Notes: a model not told the origin generated them from the sequence alone. A stretch of 39,752 nt of DNA from Tortispora ganteri (GCA_003707115.1 PPNB01000012.1:186001-225752), one strand, 5' to 3'. Shown: positions 18,100 through 28,836, numbered from the stretch's first letter. Made by a program: numbers and translations.

Positions 18100-19689
18100 C
18101 TATAAAAGTTGAGGCAATGATTCCGGCAACACAGGAATAGTGATATCCTCAAATGCAGAGATTTGTGGAAGTGTAGGTGATTCATCCGGGTACGCAATCT
18201 CATTTTTAGCAGACATAGGTACGTAATTGGAATGTGATACTTCTGGTGTTGCGGGCATCGATACAGTATCAATAGTTTTAATCGACGATTGTGATTTGAC
18301 AGATTCCATGGAATCTCGGTGTGACAATTCGCGATTTCTTGGTTGATAATGTAAAGCAAAGTGTCCATCCATAGTGACAGTAACGAAAGAACTGGTATTC
18401 ATAGATTCTGGAAAGGATACTGATCCAACGACACATTGAGGTCGTTGAATATAAGCATGATTGGTCTTTGAGAACTCGTTAGTAATGAGACTCTTTAGAT
18501 TGGCATTTATTGTGAGTTCTGAAGATGGTTTAGAACTCAAGGAGTAAAACATAGCACAGCGTCTTGCACGAGAAGCTTGTTGTTCAGAATTGAGCCAAGA
18601 ATAATCCGATTCATGATGATTCGAGTTAAAAGATAGACATGATGAGCGGTTGGATCGTGTTGAAACTGTTTCAGATTTAATTGCTGTATTCCATACTTGA
18701 ATAGATCCATCAGCAGAACCTGATACTAATTCATTTTCGTTTGATTTAGACCAATGAATAGTATTGACGCGATCAGATCTTGTATTAAATACTGTTAGTG
18801 GGCCGTTAGACCTAATATCCCAGACTCTTATAGTTCCATCTGAATGTGTAGATGCCATAACGTTTGAGTTCAATGGAGACCATTTAATTGAGATAGCTGG
18901 TGTATCATTGTCTTCATGAGGATAGAGCAAGGCTGGATTCTTCTTCCTGACATCTGTTAATAATACACCATAAGATCCTGCCGCAGCAACAATACCGTCT
19001 CTGAGCTGTGACGCATCAGCAGAGATACTACCATGAATATGTTTTTTAATCACAGGTCTGTCAGATCGCTTAGGGTCCCAGAGAAATAAATGGTTAGAAT
19101 AAACAGTGATAAGAGATGAGTTTGGAGCTGAAACCCAGTCTGGTGTTGTTAAATTGACGCTACTCATACGTGAGTTCACTCCTATGGATGATTTCACATG
19201 ATGTGAATGATTAAACCTTCTTAATATCTCTGCTGAATTATTTGAATGCGGATCAGGCAGCATAATCATATTCACAATACCAGCTTCATTACCTGTTGCA
19301 AGAACGTTGGCAAATGCGTTAGGTTTGGCACGTGGAAGCCAGCACAAAGAATGAATTCGCGGCAATGTGATAGTCTGATGATGTGTCAGTCCACTAAAAC
19401 CTGGATTTTCATAAGAATAGTCCATTTCATAGACATATAGGTTCTGTGAATCACCTCCGGAAGCCACAGCGAATAAGGGTTCCTCGTCATGTGCAGCAAC
19501 TGATGTAAGGTACTCTGCAGAATCAGGTACTTTCCAGTACAGCGACCGCACAGATGGCTGTTCTGGTACTGGTAAATTTTGAGGCTGTTCAAGCATCCAG
19601 AACTCGTGTTTACGTTTAAGAGTCATATATTGCGGCACTGTTTGATTCACTGGACGTTTCATAGCGTTTTGGCGGTACAATATTGGCAT
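18100..19689 (-). CDS. DSE1: WD40 protein, Dse1-like (daughter-specific, cell separation)
   Basis: 'LTHHQTITLPRIHSLCW' matches the block I recall for Dse1; WD repeats 'HSDGTIRVWDIR', 'SGSADGSIQVWN'; Ace2-type sites upstream support the call. Confidence 0.7.
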   Translation of the reverse strand: MPILYRQNAMKRPVNQTVPQYMTLKRKHEFWMLEQPQNLPVPEQPSVRSLYWKVPDSAEYLTSVAAHDEEPLFAVASGGDSQNLYVYEMDYSYENPGFSGLTHHQTITLPRIHSLCWLPRAKPNAFANVLATGNEAGIVNMIMLPDPHSNNSAEILRRFNHSHHVKSSIGVNSRMSSVNLTTPDWVSAPNSSLITVYSNHLFLWDPKRSDRPVIKKHIHGSISADASQLRDGIVAAAGSYGVLLTDVRKKNPALLYPHEDNDTPAISIKWSPLNSNVMASTHSDGTIRVWDIRSNGPLTVFNTRSDRVNTIHWSKSNENELVSGSADGSIQVWNTAIKSETVSTRSNRSSCLSFNSNHHESDYSWLNSEQQASRARRCAMFYSLSSKPSSELTINANLKSLITNEFSKTNHAYIQRPQCVVGSVSFPESMNTSSFVTVTMDGHFALHYQPRNRELSHRDSMESVKSQSSIKTIDTVSMPATPEVSHSNYVPMSAKNEIAYPDESPTLPQISAFEDITIPVLPESLPQLL

Positions 19690-19795
19690 GAGTTAAGAAT
19701 AAATAAGTATAATAAACGAATGAATAAAGTAGGTTGGTAAAATCTGAGAAGCAAAATATATTAAATATAATAGAAAGCCATGGCACCACCGAAAT

Positions 19796-19848
19796 CCAGC
19801 CATCTACGGGCTGGGTATTCCGATCGAAAATAGATATGAGGTGGCTGG
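19796..19848. promoter_or_regulatory. Three Ace2/Swi5-type CCAGCC sites upstream of DSE1-like gene
   Basis: CCAGCC 19796-19801; GGCTGG 19809-19814 and 19843-19848. Confidence 0.65.
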
Positions 19849-20043
19849 ATAGTATGATCATGAAACTTTATTTGACATAACTTTATATATAAACGGCTGA
19901 GCCTGATTGGGTATTAATGTGAACTCTTATTAAGGAAATATTAACCCCTTAATTCTACCTAATTACAAATGAAAAGATAACCATATAATAATTCCTATAA
20001 CAGAGTTAATGTAATTGATAATGTAGCAAAAGGAAGTAATGTT

Positions 20044-21792
20044 TTAAAACAACTCTGCATCAGTAACACATCCCTTGCTTGAATCTGAGACCAGTTTAGC
20101 GTACTTAGCCAGACTGCCACGAGTGATACTAGGTTTAGGAGGCGTCCAATTAGAAAAGCGTTCTTGCAATTCTTCGTCTGTTACATCAAGAATATTGATT
20201 GTGTTCTTTTCAGAATCAATTTCAATCATATCACCTGTTTTAAGCACAGCAATAGGTCCGCCTTCCATGGCTTCGGGGCAGATATGACCAATAATAAAAC
20301 CATGAGAAGCACCTGAGTATCTGCCGTCGGTAATTAGCGCAACATCTTTACCAAATCCAGCTCCCATAATGACACTAGAAGCCTTGAGCATCTCGGGCAT
20401 ACCGGGACCACCTTTAGGCCCTTCGTATCTAATACAAATGACGGTTTTCTTTCCTGGACGTACGAGCCCCTGGTAGAACTCGTCAAGCAGTTCTTGTTCT
20501 GAATCGTATACTCTAGCCTCACCCACAAAATGAGTGCCTTCCTTACCTGTAATCTTAGCTACACATCCTTTAGGTGCTAAGTTGCCTTTGAGAATACGTA
20601 AATGTCCAGTCTTCTTGATCGGTTTATCTAAAGGCCTGACAATAACCTGATCCTGGGCGAGAGAAGGAGCGTCTTTGACGTTCTCTGCAAGTGTTTTACC
20701 AGTAACCGTTAGTATGCTACCATCCATAAGACCAGCTGCAAGAAGCAGTTTCATAACAGCAGGTACTCCGCCAATGTTATAGAGGTCTTCCATGACATAT
20801 TTGCCTGAGGGCTTAAGATCAGCAATGAAAGGAATCTTGTCACTAACGCGCTGAAAATCGTCCATAGTCAAATGGACATTGGCAGTATGAGCAATAGCAA
20901 GTAAATGGAGCACACTGTTGGTTGATCCTCCAAGAGCCATAGTAATAACAAGAGCATTCTCAAAGGCCGCTGGGGTCATGATATCGAGCGGCTTAATGTC
21001 TTTTTCAAGAAGTACTTTCAGGTACTTTCCAGCAGAAAGACACTCTCTATGTTTAGTGGCGGACTCTGCAGGGGCAGAAGAAGAGCCAGGAAGAGACATT
21101 CCAAGTGCCTCTGCGGCAGTAGACATAGTGTTTGCTGTGAACATGCCTCCGCAAGCACCTGGACCAGGGCAAGCGTGACGGACGACCTCTTCAAGATCTT
21201 CTTGGCCATATTTACCCTTTGACAAAACACTTCCAAGCACTTCCAAAGTACTGGAAACAAGAATTGGTTCTTTTAGACGTGTAGAGTAGCCGGGCTTGAT
21301 GGTTCCACCGTAGATCATGATCGCTGGACGATTAAAGCGCGCCATAGCCATAAGTGTACCAGGCATATTCTTGTCACAGCCAGGGATAGAAATATTTCCA
21401 TCGTGCCATTGAGCCATTGTAGTGCTTTCAATGGAATCAGCGATCAGTTCGCGTGAGGGTAACGAGTACCGCATTCCAAGATTGCCCATAGTAGAAGCAT
21501 CAGACACGCCTACAGTGCTGTACTGCCATCCGATCATGTCAGCTTCCTCAACACCTTGCTTAACAATCTTTCCTAGATCATTTAAATGCATATTACAGGG
21601 ATTACCTTCCCACCAGACAGCAGCGACGCCGACCTGGGGTTTATTCTTCATGTCTGTCTCATTTTTTATTCCGGCACCGTAAAGCATAGCTTCGGCAGCG
21701 GGATTTTCACCGCCAGTCAACCGTCCAGAATACCTGTTCAGTATAATATTACCATCTTTGTCTTTGTGTGGCAGAGGCTCGATTTTCAGCAT
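20044..21792 (-). CDS. ILV3: Dihydroxy-acid dehydratase (IlvD/Edd family), no obvious mitochondrial presequence
   Basis: 'EGNPCNMHL', '[10 protein letters not shown]', '[16 protein letters not shown]', '[12 protein letters not shown]', '[15 protein letters not shown]', 'ITDGRYSG'. First ATG is 21792 (track start 21822 is a GTG adjoining a TATA box). Confidence 0.93.
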   Translation of the reverse strand: MLKIEPLPHKDKDGNIILNRYSGRLTGGENPAAEAMLYGAGIKNETDMKNKPQVGVAAVWWEGNPCNMHLNDLGKIVKQGVEEADMIGWQYSTVGVSDASTMGNLGMRYSLPSRELIADSIESTTMAQWHDGNISIPGCDKNMPGTLMAMARFNRPAIMIYGGTIKPGYSTRLKEPILVSSTLEVLGSVLSKGKYGQEDLEEVVRHACPGPGACGGMFTANTMSTAAEALGMSLPGSSSAPAESATKHRECLSAGKYLKVLLEKDIKPLDIMTPAAFENALVITMALGGSTNSVLHLLAIAHTANVHLTMDDFQRVSDKIPFIADLKPSGKYVMEDLYNIGGVPAVMKLLLAAGLMDGSILTVTGKTLAENVKDAPSLAQDQVIVRPLDKPIKKTGHLRILKGNLAPKGCVAKITGKEGTHFVGEARVYDSEQELLDEFYQGLVRPGKKTVICIRYEGPKGGPGMPEMLKASSVIMGAGFGKDVALITDGRYSGASHGFIIGHICPEAMEGGPIAVLKTGDMIEIDSEKNTINILDVTDEELQERFSNWTPPKPSITRGSLAKYAKLVSDSSKGCVTDAELF

Positions 21793-21864
21793 TTTGCGGT
21801 ACAAAATCAAGAGATAATGCACTTATATATGTACGTGATTAAGCGAGTAAATAAAGTTCATGTT

Positions 21865-21946
21865 CCCCGCATCACTTTCTCATTTCCTGTGTCCCTTATT
21901 GGTTGAAACTTGTATTCCCCCACGCTTTATTTGCGATAGCCCCCAG
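21865..21946 (-). promoter_or_regulatory. Three SYGGRG (CreA/Mig1-type) sites upstream of the DHAD gene
   Basis: CCCCGC 21865-21870, CCCCAC 21918-21923, CCCCAG 21941-21946, same orientation, just upstream of a TATA (about 21823-21830). Confidence 0.45.
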
Positions 21947-22209
21947 GCCCATAGTACAGTGCCTTTATTCGTATGAGGGAAATAATTTGCACATGTTTCG
22001 GTGGTTATATATCACCATAAAAATACGCTTTACTATGTGAAATCCCATTGTATGGACCTCATAACATTTTTTTTTGCGTAAGGAAATTCGTACTTCCTTA
22101 AAAGGAAGGTAGTTGTAACTGTGTTTCTAATGCCCTCCGCTTCTACCCATCTCTAAGTCCTATTACCCTAACACTCACTCCAAGCACCTCAACTAACTCC
22201 CACACCAAT

Positions 22210-24951
22210 ATGAGGGAGAGCCTGAAGAGGCAGCCGAGCCACGCTTTTGCGCGATTTGGCCAAGCTCTTGGGATGTCATTGCGGCCAGAATCAGAAGACG
22301 CTGTAGATGAATTCATACCTGGAGTAGTTCCCTCATTGGATCGCTATGACGAACAACGCTATGATTCTCCTGTCGAGCTCACGGCCATGGCGACGAGCCC
22401 AGATAAATCAATGGCACTTATCGCAGGCAAAGATTTGATGCAGATTCTAAAAATTGACAATATAGATGGCTCAATTAGGTTATTAGCCAGCCTTAAACCA
22501 CCTTCTACCCGTGGCGATAAATTGCACCATATCACTTCCGCCGCCTGGGGATCCCACTTACAGCAGTCGACTATCGCCATCGCAGGTAAAATATCCGGTG
22601 ACCTATTAGTTTACCGCATAGAGGACTTTACTGCAACCGAGCGTGTTGTACCGACGACTCTTTCAGGCCACTCTAGAACCGTCAACTCCTTGGACTTCAG
22701 CACCGTGCAGCCGTCTTTACTAGCATCCGGGTCCCAGGATGGTAGCGTAAAGCTCTGGGACATGCGAATCAAAGCAAATAGAGCCTACGCAGCTCTGCTT
22801 CCGTGTCTTGAACCGATTCGTGATATCAAATTCGCCCGTCATGATGCGTCTAAAATCGCAGCTATCCTTGACAACGGCCTCATATACATCTACGATATAC
22901 GCACTTTGTCCAGCTTTTCGGGCCGCCCTGCAGTGCCCGAGAGGAAATTCACTGCACATTCGGGTCCGGGTTTCAGCATAGACTGGCATCCTGAGGACGA
23001 TTATCTTGCGTCAGGCGGCCGTGATCGCTACATTCACGTCTGGAACGTCGCCTCCGATCTTCGCAGCCCTGAATTCAGTATACCAACACCTGCCGCTGTA
23101 ACTCGAGTAGCGTGGCGACCTACGAGCACGCGACGAGGCAGAGACAGACATTTGCTTCTTTCCAGCGAAATTGCAGGTGTGAACCTCGCAATGGGCGACT
23201 ACCGCGTCCATGTCTGGTCGCTTGATCGCAAATTTGTTCCGAAATACACATTGGCATCGCACGATGCCGCAACAACTGCCTTAGAATGGCGAGACGACAG
23301 GTCCGTATGGACTGCATCTAAAGATAAAAGCTTTAGATGTAATGACATTTACCAGTTCCAGAGCGTCGTCGATAAACTCCGGCTGCAGGCACTGTCGTGG
23401 TCTCCTAGAGACGGGTCTATATGCACCGCACTTATGGGCCGATCTAACAAATTTCCATCACATGGCGTTCCGGCTATAAATATTGGGGCATTGTCGCACC
23501 ATGGTTTGTCGGCGTTTGCGCGCTCGATTTCTACATCTTCAGGGAAGCTTAGCAACTCTATTGAAATGACTCCTTCAAACTCGTATCTGAATTTTGAGAC
23601 ACTTCACAGGTCGTCTCCTACGCAGCCGTCGAGTTTCTCTAGCATCAGACGCAGAGAAACTGATGAAAGTATATTTGGTGCTGGATTAGCGATGGGTCGA
23701 CGGTCTCCGGAGCCTAGAAGCCCATTTTCAATAAAACGGTCCTTCGACAAGCAAATAATCATGCCTTCAGGGCTTCAATCTATGCCTGGTTCAGAACCGG
23801 GTACACCTCTACCCGTTTACACTCCGAATTATACTGCATTTATTCCGTCACAGGCTATTTTTTATAGTGATGTGCTTGACAGCTCTGATACGGCGTCGAT
23901 ATTTAGACTACTGGCTGGTCAGATTATGTACGATTCTAGGCCAAAAGGTGGCAACCCCTCGACAGAAGATTGGATAACATCCGTGAAGACTGTACTAGAT
24001 CATAACATGAAAATTGCTGACGAGCACGGCGCCTTCCGGACGGGACAGACATGGGCTATTTTAAAAATGGCACTCGAATGGGAGCTAAGTAACGGCAATA
24101 TCGACTTCATATACTCCGAAAGCGGTGAAGAAACTGTCATAATGCCTATTAAAGACAAGCAAAGCTCTAACAGTGAATCTGACGAGGAAGAGTATGGTGG
24201 ATATATAGATAAGGGCCAGGATTTTAAAGGGGAGCAAAATGAAGAGAATAATGAGGTAGAAGGTGAAGGAATGCCAGTAACGGAGCGATACACTACGATT
24301 AATGGGGATATGTTTAATGCGAATGAGATTGGAGCGACATCGCTGTCGGATCATTCTGATGACCATAAAGATTACACTCAGGAAGAAACAAAGAAAGTTA
24401 TAGGAATAAGACTGAGAAATGAACGAACGGAGGAAGAAACACCGCCGTGGAACATTCGACACCTGGTAGACCGGGCATTGGAGTACTATATTTCTCAAGG
24501 AGACCTGCAACAGGTAGCTGCGATTGCGCTTGTATTTGGAGACTTTTTGCAGCTAGATAGAACACGGACAGTACAATGGATTGATGCATATATAGAGTTG
24601 TTGCACCGACAGCAGGAGTTTGTGACTGCTGCGCTGATTGTGAAGTCAGCTGCTAATGAGGAAATAAACAGTATTGGACAGATCAATGCGGATGTTTCAG
24701 TAAGCTGTGGGAGCTGTCATAAACCGCTGACACTCGAAGAAGGTACGAGTTCATTAAAATCTGGCGTCTGGAGATGTCCAAAATGTGCACGTGCACTGGG
24801 GAAGTGTGTATACTGTCATATGCCATGCCTAGGCCGCGTGACATTGAGTGTAAGCTGTGGTCATTTTGGGCATGGTGACTGTCTGAAGAAATGGTTTTTT
24901 GATGAAAAAATGAATGAGTGTCCATCGGGTTGCGGCGCTGTTCTGTTTTAA
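22210..24951 (+). CDS. RTC1: SEACAT/GATOR2 subunit Rtc1/Sea2 (WDR24 ortholog)
   Basis: N-terminal WD40 ('GHSRTVNSLDF...SGSQDGSVKLWDMR', 'AHSGPGFSIDWHP...ASGGRD'), 'RTGQTW', 'GDLQ', 'WIDAYIELLHR', C-terminal zinc finger/RING 'CVYCH...CGHFGHGDCLKKWF...CPSGCG'. Confidence 0.88.
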   Translation: MRESLKRQPSHAFARFGQALGMSLRPESEDAVDEFIPGVVPSLDRYDEQRYDSPVELTAMATSPDKSMALIAGKDLMQILKIDNIDGSIRLLASLKPPSTRGDKLHHITSAAWGSHLQQSTIAIAGKISGDLLVYRIEDFTATERVVPTTLSGHSRTVNSLDFSTVQPSLLASGSQDGSVKLWDMRIKANRAYAALLPCLEPIRDIKFARHDASKIAAILDNGLIYIYDIRTLSSFSGRPAVPERKFTAHSGPGFSIDWHPEDDYLASGGRDRYIHVWNVASDLRSPEFSIPTPAAVTRVAWRPTSTRRGRDRHLLLSSEIAGVNLAMGDYRVHVWSLDRKFVPKYTLASHDAATTALEWRDDRSVWTASKDKSFRCNDIYQFQSVVDKLRLQALSWSPRDGSICTALMGRSNKFPSHGVPAINIGALSHHGLSAFARSISTSSGKLSNSIEMTPSNSYLNFETLHRSSPTQPSSFSSIRRRETDESIFGAGLAMGRRSPEPRSPFSIKRSFDKQIIMPSGLQSMPGSEPGTPLPVYTPNYTAFIPSQAIFYSDVLDSSDTASIFRLLAGQIMYDSRPKGGNPSTEDWITSVKTVLDHNMKIADEHGAFRTGQTWAILKMALEWELSNGNIDFIYSESGEETVIMPIKDKQSSNSESDEEEYGGYIDKGQDFKGEQNEENNEVEGEGMPVTERYTTINGDMFNANEIGATSLSDHSDDHKDYTQEETKKVIGIRLRNERTEEETPPWNIRHLVDRALEYYISQGDLQQVAAIALVFGDFLQLDRTRTVQWIDAYIELLHRQQEFVTAALIVKSAANEEINSIGQINADVSVSCGSCHKPLTLEEGTSSLKSGVWRCPKCARALGKCVYCHMPCLGRVTLSVSCGHFGHGDCLKKWFFDEKMNECPSGCGAVLF

Positions 24952-24997
24952 ATGGTAATGACAAACAAATGAAACTTAGATTTCGACAAAGAGAAGT

Positions 24998-26053
24998 ATG
25001 ACGAACGTATTACGATCGATAGTCTACGACGGCGACTTGAATTCACTAAAAGTGTTAAACCAGCTGCTTTTGCCGCATAAAGAAGAATATGTAGATGTAA
25101 AAGACAGCAATGATGGGTTTGATGTGATCAAAAAGATGATTGTACGTGGTGCTCCAGCTATCGCAATGGTAGCAATTTTGTCTCTGGCTGTTGAATTATC
25201 GGATAAATCGTTTGATAATCCCGAGAAATGTATTGAATTTATAGAATCACGACTAGATTACTTATATAAATCTCGACCTACAGCTGTGAACCTTGGTGAT
25301 GCGATCAAAAAGGCGAAAAAAGTGACACGTAATGCGGTGTATGACTCTGCAGCAGATATTGTACTGCAGTATGCTAAAATGGCAGAGACTATGCTAGAAG
25401 AGGATATAAGGACGAATGAGCGGATTGGTGATTACGGAAGTGAGTTATTTGAAGGAACAGATCTACAAGTAATGACAATTTGTAATACGGGATCATTGGC
25501 GACAGCCGGGTATGGTACAGCACTTGGTGTGATCCGATCATTGCACAAAAGTGGTAAATTGGGAATGGCATGGGCCCTAGAGACTCGTCCCTATTTACAA
25601 GGTGCACGACTGACGGCGTATGAACTTGTAGCAGATGGGATTCCAGGAACTTTGATTACGGACTCAATGGCTGCTGCATTAATGAAGTCGCGTAAGATCG
25701 CCGGTGTGGTTGTAGGTGCTGATCGCGTAGCAGCAAATGGTGATACCGCTAATAAGATCGGGACATATCAATTAGCAGTTATTGCCAAATATCATGGGGT
25801 TAAATTTTATGTGGCTGCTCCGACAACATCAATCGACTTGAATACAGCTACTGGGGCAGAAATACCGATCGAGACACGGCCCGACGATGAACTACGTACC
25901 ATCCAAGGAATTTCAATTGCACCAGAAATAAATGTATGGAATCCATCATTTGATGTTACAAACAGCAATTTAATAGATGGTATTATTACCGAAAATGGAG
26001 TGGTGTTGCCTCAAAATGGCGTCTTTGATCTCAGCTCAGTGTGCTACCCATAA
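24998..26053 (+). CDS. MRI1: Methylthioribose-1-phosphate isomerase
   Basis: 'VRGAPAIA', 'SRPTAVNL', 'TICNTGSLATAGYGTALGVIR', 'ETRPYLQGARLT', 'GADRVAANGDTANKIGTY', 'NPSFDVT'. Confidence 0.96.
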   Translation: MTNVLRSIVYDGDLNSLKVLNQLLLPHKEEYVDVKDSNDGFDVIKKMIVRGAPAIAMVAILSLAVELSDKSFDNPEKCIEFIESRLDYLYKSRPTAVNLGDAIKKAKKVTRNAVYDSAADIVLQYAKMAETMLEEDIRTNERIGDYGSELFEGTDLQVMTICNTGSLATAGYGTALGVIRSLHKSGKLGMAWALETRPYLQGARLTAYELVADGIPGTLITDSMAAALMKSRKIAGVVVGADRVAANGDTANKIGTYQLAVIAKYHGVKFYVAAPTTSIDLNTATGAEIPIETRPDDELRTIQGISIAPEINVWNPSFDVTNSNLIDGIITENGVVLPQNGVFDLSSVCYP

Positions 26054-26112
26054 ACAAACTCTTCACAACCTTTTTTTTGCACCTTTACCAACACCCTTCC
26101 CCTCTGGCGGAT

Positions 26113-28338
26113 ATGCTTATTCCGCGTATCTGGCATGGTACTGCTTTCGCCACCGTTAGATACGCCTCAAGTCTTTCTAAGATACGAAATATTGGAATTA
26201 TAGCCCATATAGATGCCGGGAAAACTACTACAACTGAACGCATGCTCTACTATAGTGGGTTCACCAAACATCTCGGTAACGTAGACACTGGCGACACGGT
26301 GACAGATTTCCTACCGGCGGAACGTGCTCGAGGTATTACTATTATGTCTGCAGCCGTCACGCTGAATTGGGCTGACCATCGGATCAACCTCATAGACACA
26401 CCCGGTCATGCTGACTTCACTTTTGAAGTCATCCGGTCAATGCGCGTGCTCGACGGTGCAGTAACTATTCTTGATGCTGTCGCGGGTGTTGAGGCTCAAA
26501 CAGAGAAAGTCTGGAAACAAGCAGACGAATGGAAAATTCCACGAATTGTTTATGTAAATAAAATGGACCGACCGGGCGCTGGTTTCAGTCGTACAGTCAA
26601 GGAAGTCAATTTGCGACTCGCTGCCACACCGGCTATCGTCACTTTGCCGTATTTTGAAGGTGACATGCAATTTAAAGGCATCGTTGACGTCATAGAGAAA
26701 AAATTGCTTGTCTGGAACGGTGAAAATATCACAGTTTCGGATGTGCTCCCTGACAATGCGCTTTACGAAGAACTGTATAAAGCCCGGGCAGCACTCGTCG
26801 ACACCCTCAGTGTGAATGATGAGGTATTGGACGCATTCCTCGCGGACGATGATCCGATGAATATTGACAGTCAGCTACTACGAAACGCTTTAAGAGAATG
26901 TACGATCGACCGAACTGTTACCCCCGTACTATGCGGATCAAGTTTCCGCAACATTGGCGTGCAAAATCTGCTCGACGCCGTCATCCACTACCTGCCGGAC
27001 CCTGCGCAAGCTAAGACAGCGATGAACGAGAGCATTGCTGCTAACAAGGCAGCCGCAAAACCGTCAAAAAAGCATGAAGAACTCTCGGCTCTCGCTTTTA
27101 AGGTTACACATGACGAAAAGCGTGGGTACATGGTCTTTGTTAGAGTGTACGCCGGCAGGCTGGCCCGCGGGTCGCAGGTGTACAACTCGACCACTAAAAA
27201 GACAGAGAAAGTGAGCACGGTGTTTAGAATGTATGCTGATGACCCACAAAGCGTACCGGTCATCAATGAAGGCGATATTGGCGTAATAATGGGATCAGAC
27301 TCAATTAGAACTGGTGACACTCTTTCCCGTACAGGCAAAGTGAGCGTACTCCCCGAAATACCTATACCTGAACCGGTATTCATGACATCGCTGATGCCGG
27401 AGTCGGTAGCCGCTGAAAGAGCTATGCACCAGGCGCTAGAGGTTCTACTGAAGGAAGATCCTAGTCTGCGTACGTCCACTGACACAGAGACCGGTCAGCA
27501 GCTTCTGAGCGGGATGGGCGAACTTCACTTAGAGATTGCGCTGGCGCGTCTACGTGATCTGAAGGCGGACGTGAGCATGGGTCAGATAGAAATCGCTTAC
27601 AAGGAGTCTATTTCTGGGCCAAGCGCAGATATCACGTACGTGTCTGGAGCAGCAGAGGCTATTGTAGCGGTTGAACCAGCCACTGAAGAGACTGCGTCTA
27701 TGAAAAATGTATATAAACTGAGCGACGAAAACTATCTTACGATAGAGAATATTAAAGCGCTGCAAATAAAACCGGAGGCTATGAATATAGCGTGCAATGG
27801 CGCCATAAGCACTGCGTTATTGACTGGCGGCCTGGGCCAACCTGTGCACGGGTGTCTTGTGCGCGTAAAATCAATAAAGGTGCCGGACGACTGCACTGAC
27901 ATGACGGCAATCAACATGAGCATCCGGCTGGCGACTACAGAGGCACTACACTCTGTGCAGGGGAGGTTGCTTGAGCCGATCATGCAAACAGAGATATTGA
28001 TCGAAGAAACACACTTGGGAGCCGTACTGCTGGACCTAGCGGCACGGGACGGACATATAGAAAATCTCGAAGATACAGAGACATATACAGAGCGCATATC
28101 TGGTCGCGAAATTTACCTGCCTCCAGACATAACTATGCACATGAGCCAGGGCGTCGGTAAGGCGCAGAAGACTGTTCGTGCACTGGTGCCGCTGAGGACG
28201 ATGATCGGGTACTTGAAGTTCCTGCGGAGCACGACACAAGGTCGTGGCAACTACACGATGCATTTTCGGAAATATGCAGAGACGCCGCGTGAGTATGAAC
28301 GAGAGATCATTGAATCGCGCATGTTGCGTGGACTATAG
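26113..28338 (+). CDS. MEF2: Mitochondrial EF-G2 / ribosome-releasing factor 2
   Basis: Short presequence 'MLIPRIWHGTAFATVRYASS', then 'IRNIGIIAHIDAGKTTTTERMLYYSG', 'GDTVTDFLPAERARGITI', 'DTPGHADFTFEV', 'NKMD', 'SGMGELHLEI'. First ATG 26113. Confidence 0.9.
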   Translation: MLIPRIWHGTAFATVRYASSLSKIRNIGIIAHIDAGKTTTTERMLYYSGFTKHLGNVDTGDTVTDFLPAERARGITIMSAAVTLNWADHRINLIDTPGHADFTFEVIRSMRVLDGAVTILDAVAGVEAQTEKVWKQADEWKIPRIVYVNKMDRPGAGFSRTVKEVNLRLAATPAIVTLPYFEGDMQFKGIVDVIEKKLLVWNGENITVSDVLPDNALYEELYKARAALVDTLSVNDEVLDAFLADDDPMNIDSQLLRNALRECTIDRTVTPVLCGSSFRNIGVQNLLDAVIHYLPDPAQAKTAMNESIAANKAAAKPSKKHEELSALAFKVTHDEKRGYMVFVRVYAGRLARGSQVYNSTTKKTEKVSTVFRMYADDPQSVPVINEGDIGVIMGSDSIRTGDTLSRTGKVSVLPEIPIPEPVFMTSLMPESVAAERAMHQALEVLLKEDPSLRTSTDTETGQQLLSGMGELHLEIALARLRDLKADVSMGQIEIAYKESISGPSADITYVSGAAEAIVAVEPATEETASMKNVYKLSDENYLTIENIKALQIKPEAMNIACNGAISTALLTGGLGQPVHGCLVRVKSIKVPDDCTDMTAINMSIRLATTEALHSVQGRLLEPIMQTEILIEETHLGAVLLDLAARDGHIENLEDTETYTERISGREIYLPPDITMHMSQGVGKAQKTVRALVPLRTMIGYLKFLRSTTQGRGNYTMHFRKYAETPREYEREIIESRMLRGL

Positions 28339-28836
28339 CATGGATACAGAAATACTTGGAGAGCGATCATTGATGGTGTAGTTAAGGGTAAGGGGTTTTG
28401 GCCGATCAATTTACTTTTTGTTTTTTTGGGGGTGAAATGTGTGAGATTCTAGAGCCTACTATTTTTTAAGAGAGCTTAAAAAGACTGGTTTTCTATCACA
28501 TTCGACGAATATAACTTCCTGTTGTATTTTTTTTCCCTCTGTTAACACGACCTTGCGCATTGCACTGAGCGATAACAATTATTGTTTTATATTTTTTTTG
28601 GCACACGAGCTAGTTCCACGCTGAACTTATAAAGAAGATTCTGGAACTGTACAAGATTTTTTTAAATTTCTTATCGTATTGGCTCTGACCCGAACAAGCA
28701 CTGTGCATAAATACACCTAACTTCAACGACACCACAACTACAATTCGTTCAGAATACTTTTTTTATACCTGTATTATCCTCATTTTTCTGATATAGCCTG
28801 CATCATATACTTCACCAAACAATTCTTTCGCGAACA

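Noticed and set aside
20044..21792. DHAD as an AstD-like self-resistance gene in a biosynthetic cluster
   Set aside because: No terpene cyclase, P450, PKS or NRPS nearby; neighbours are housekeeping genes.
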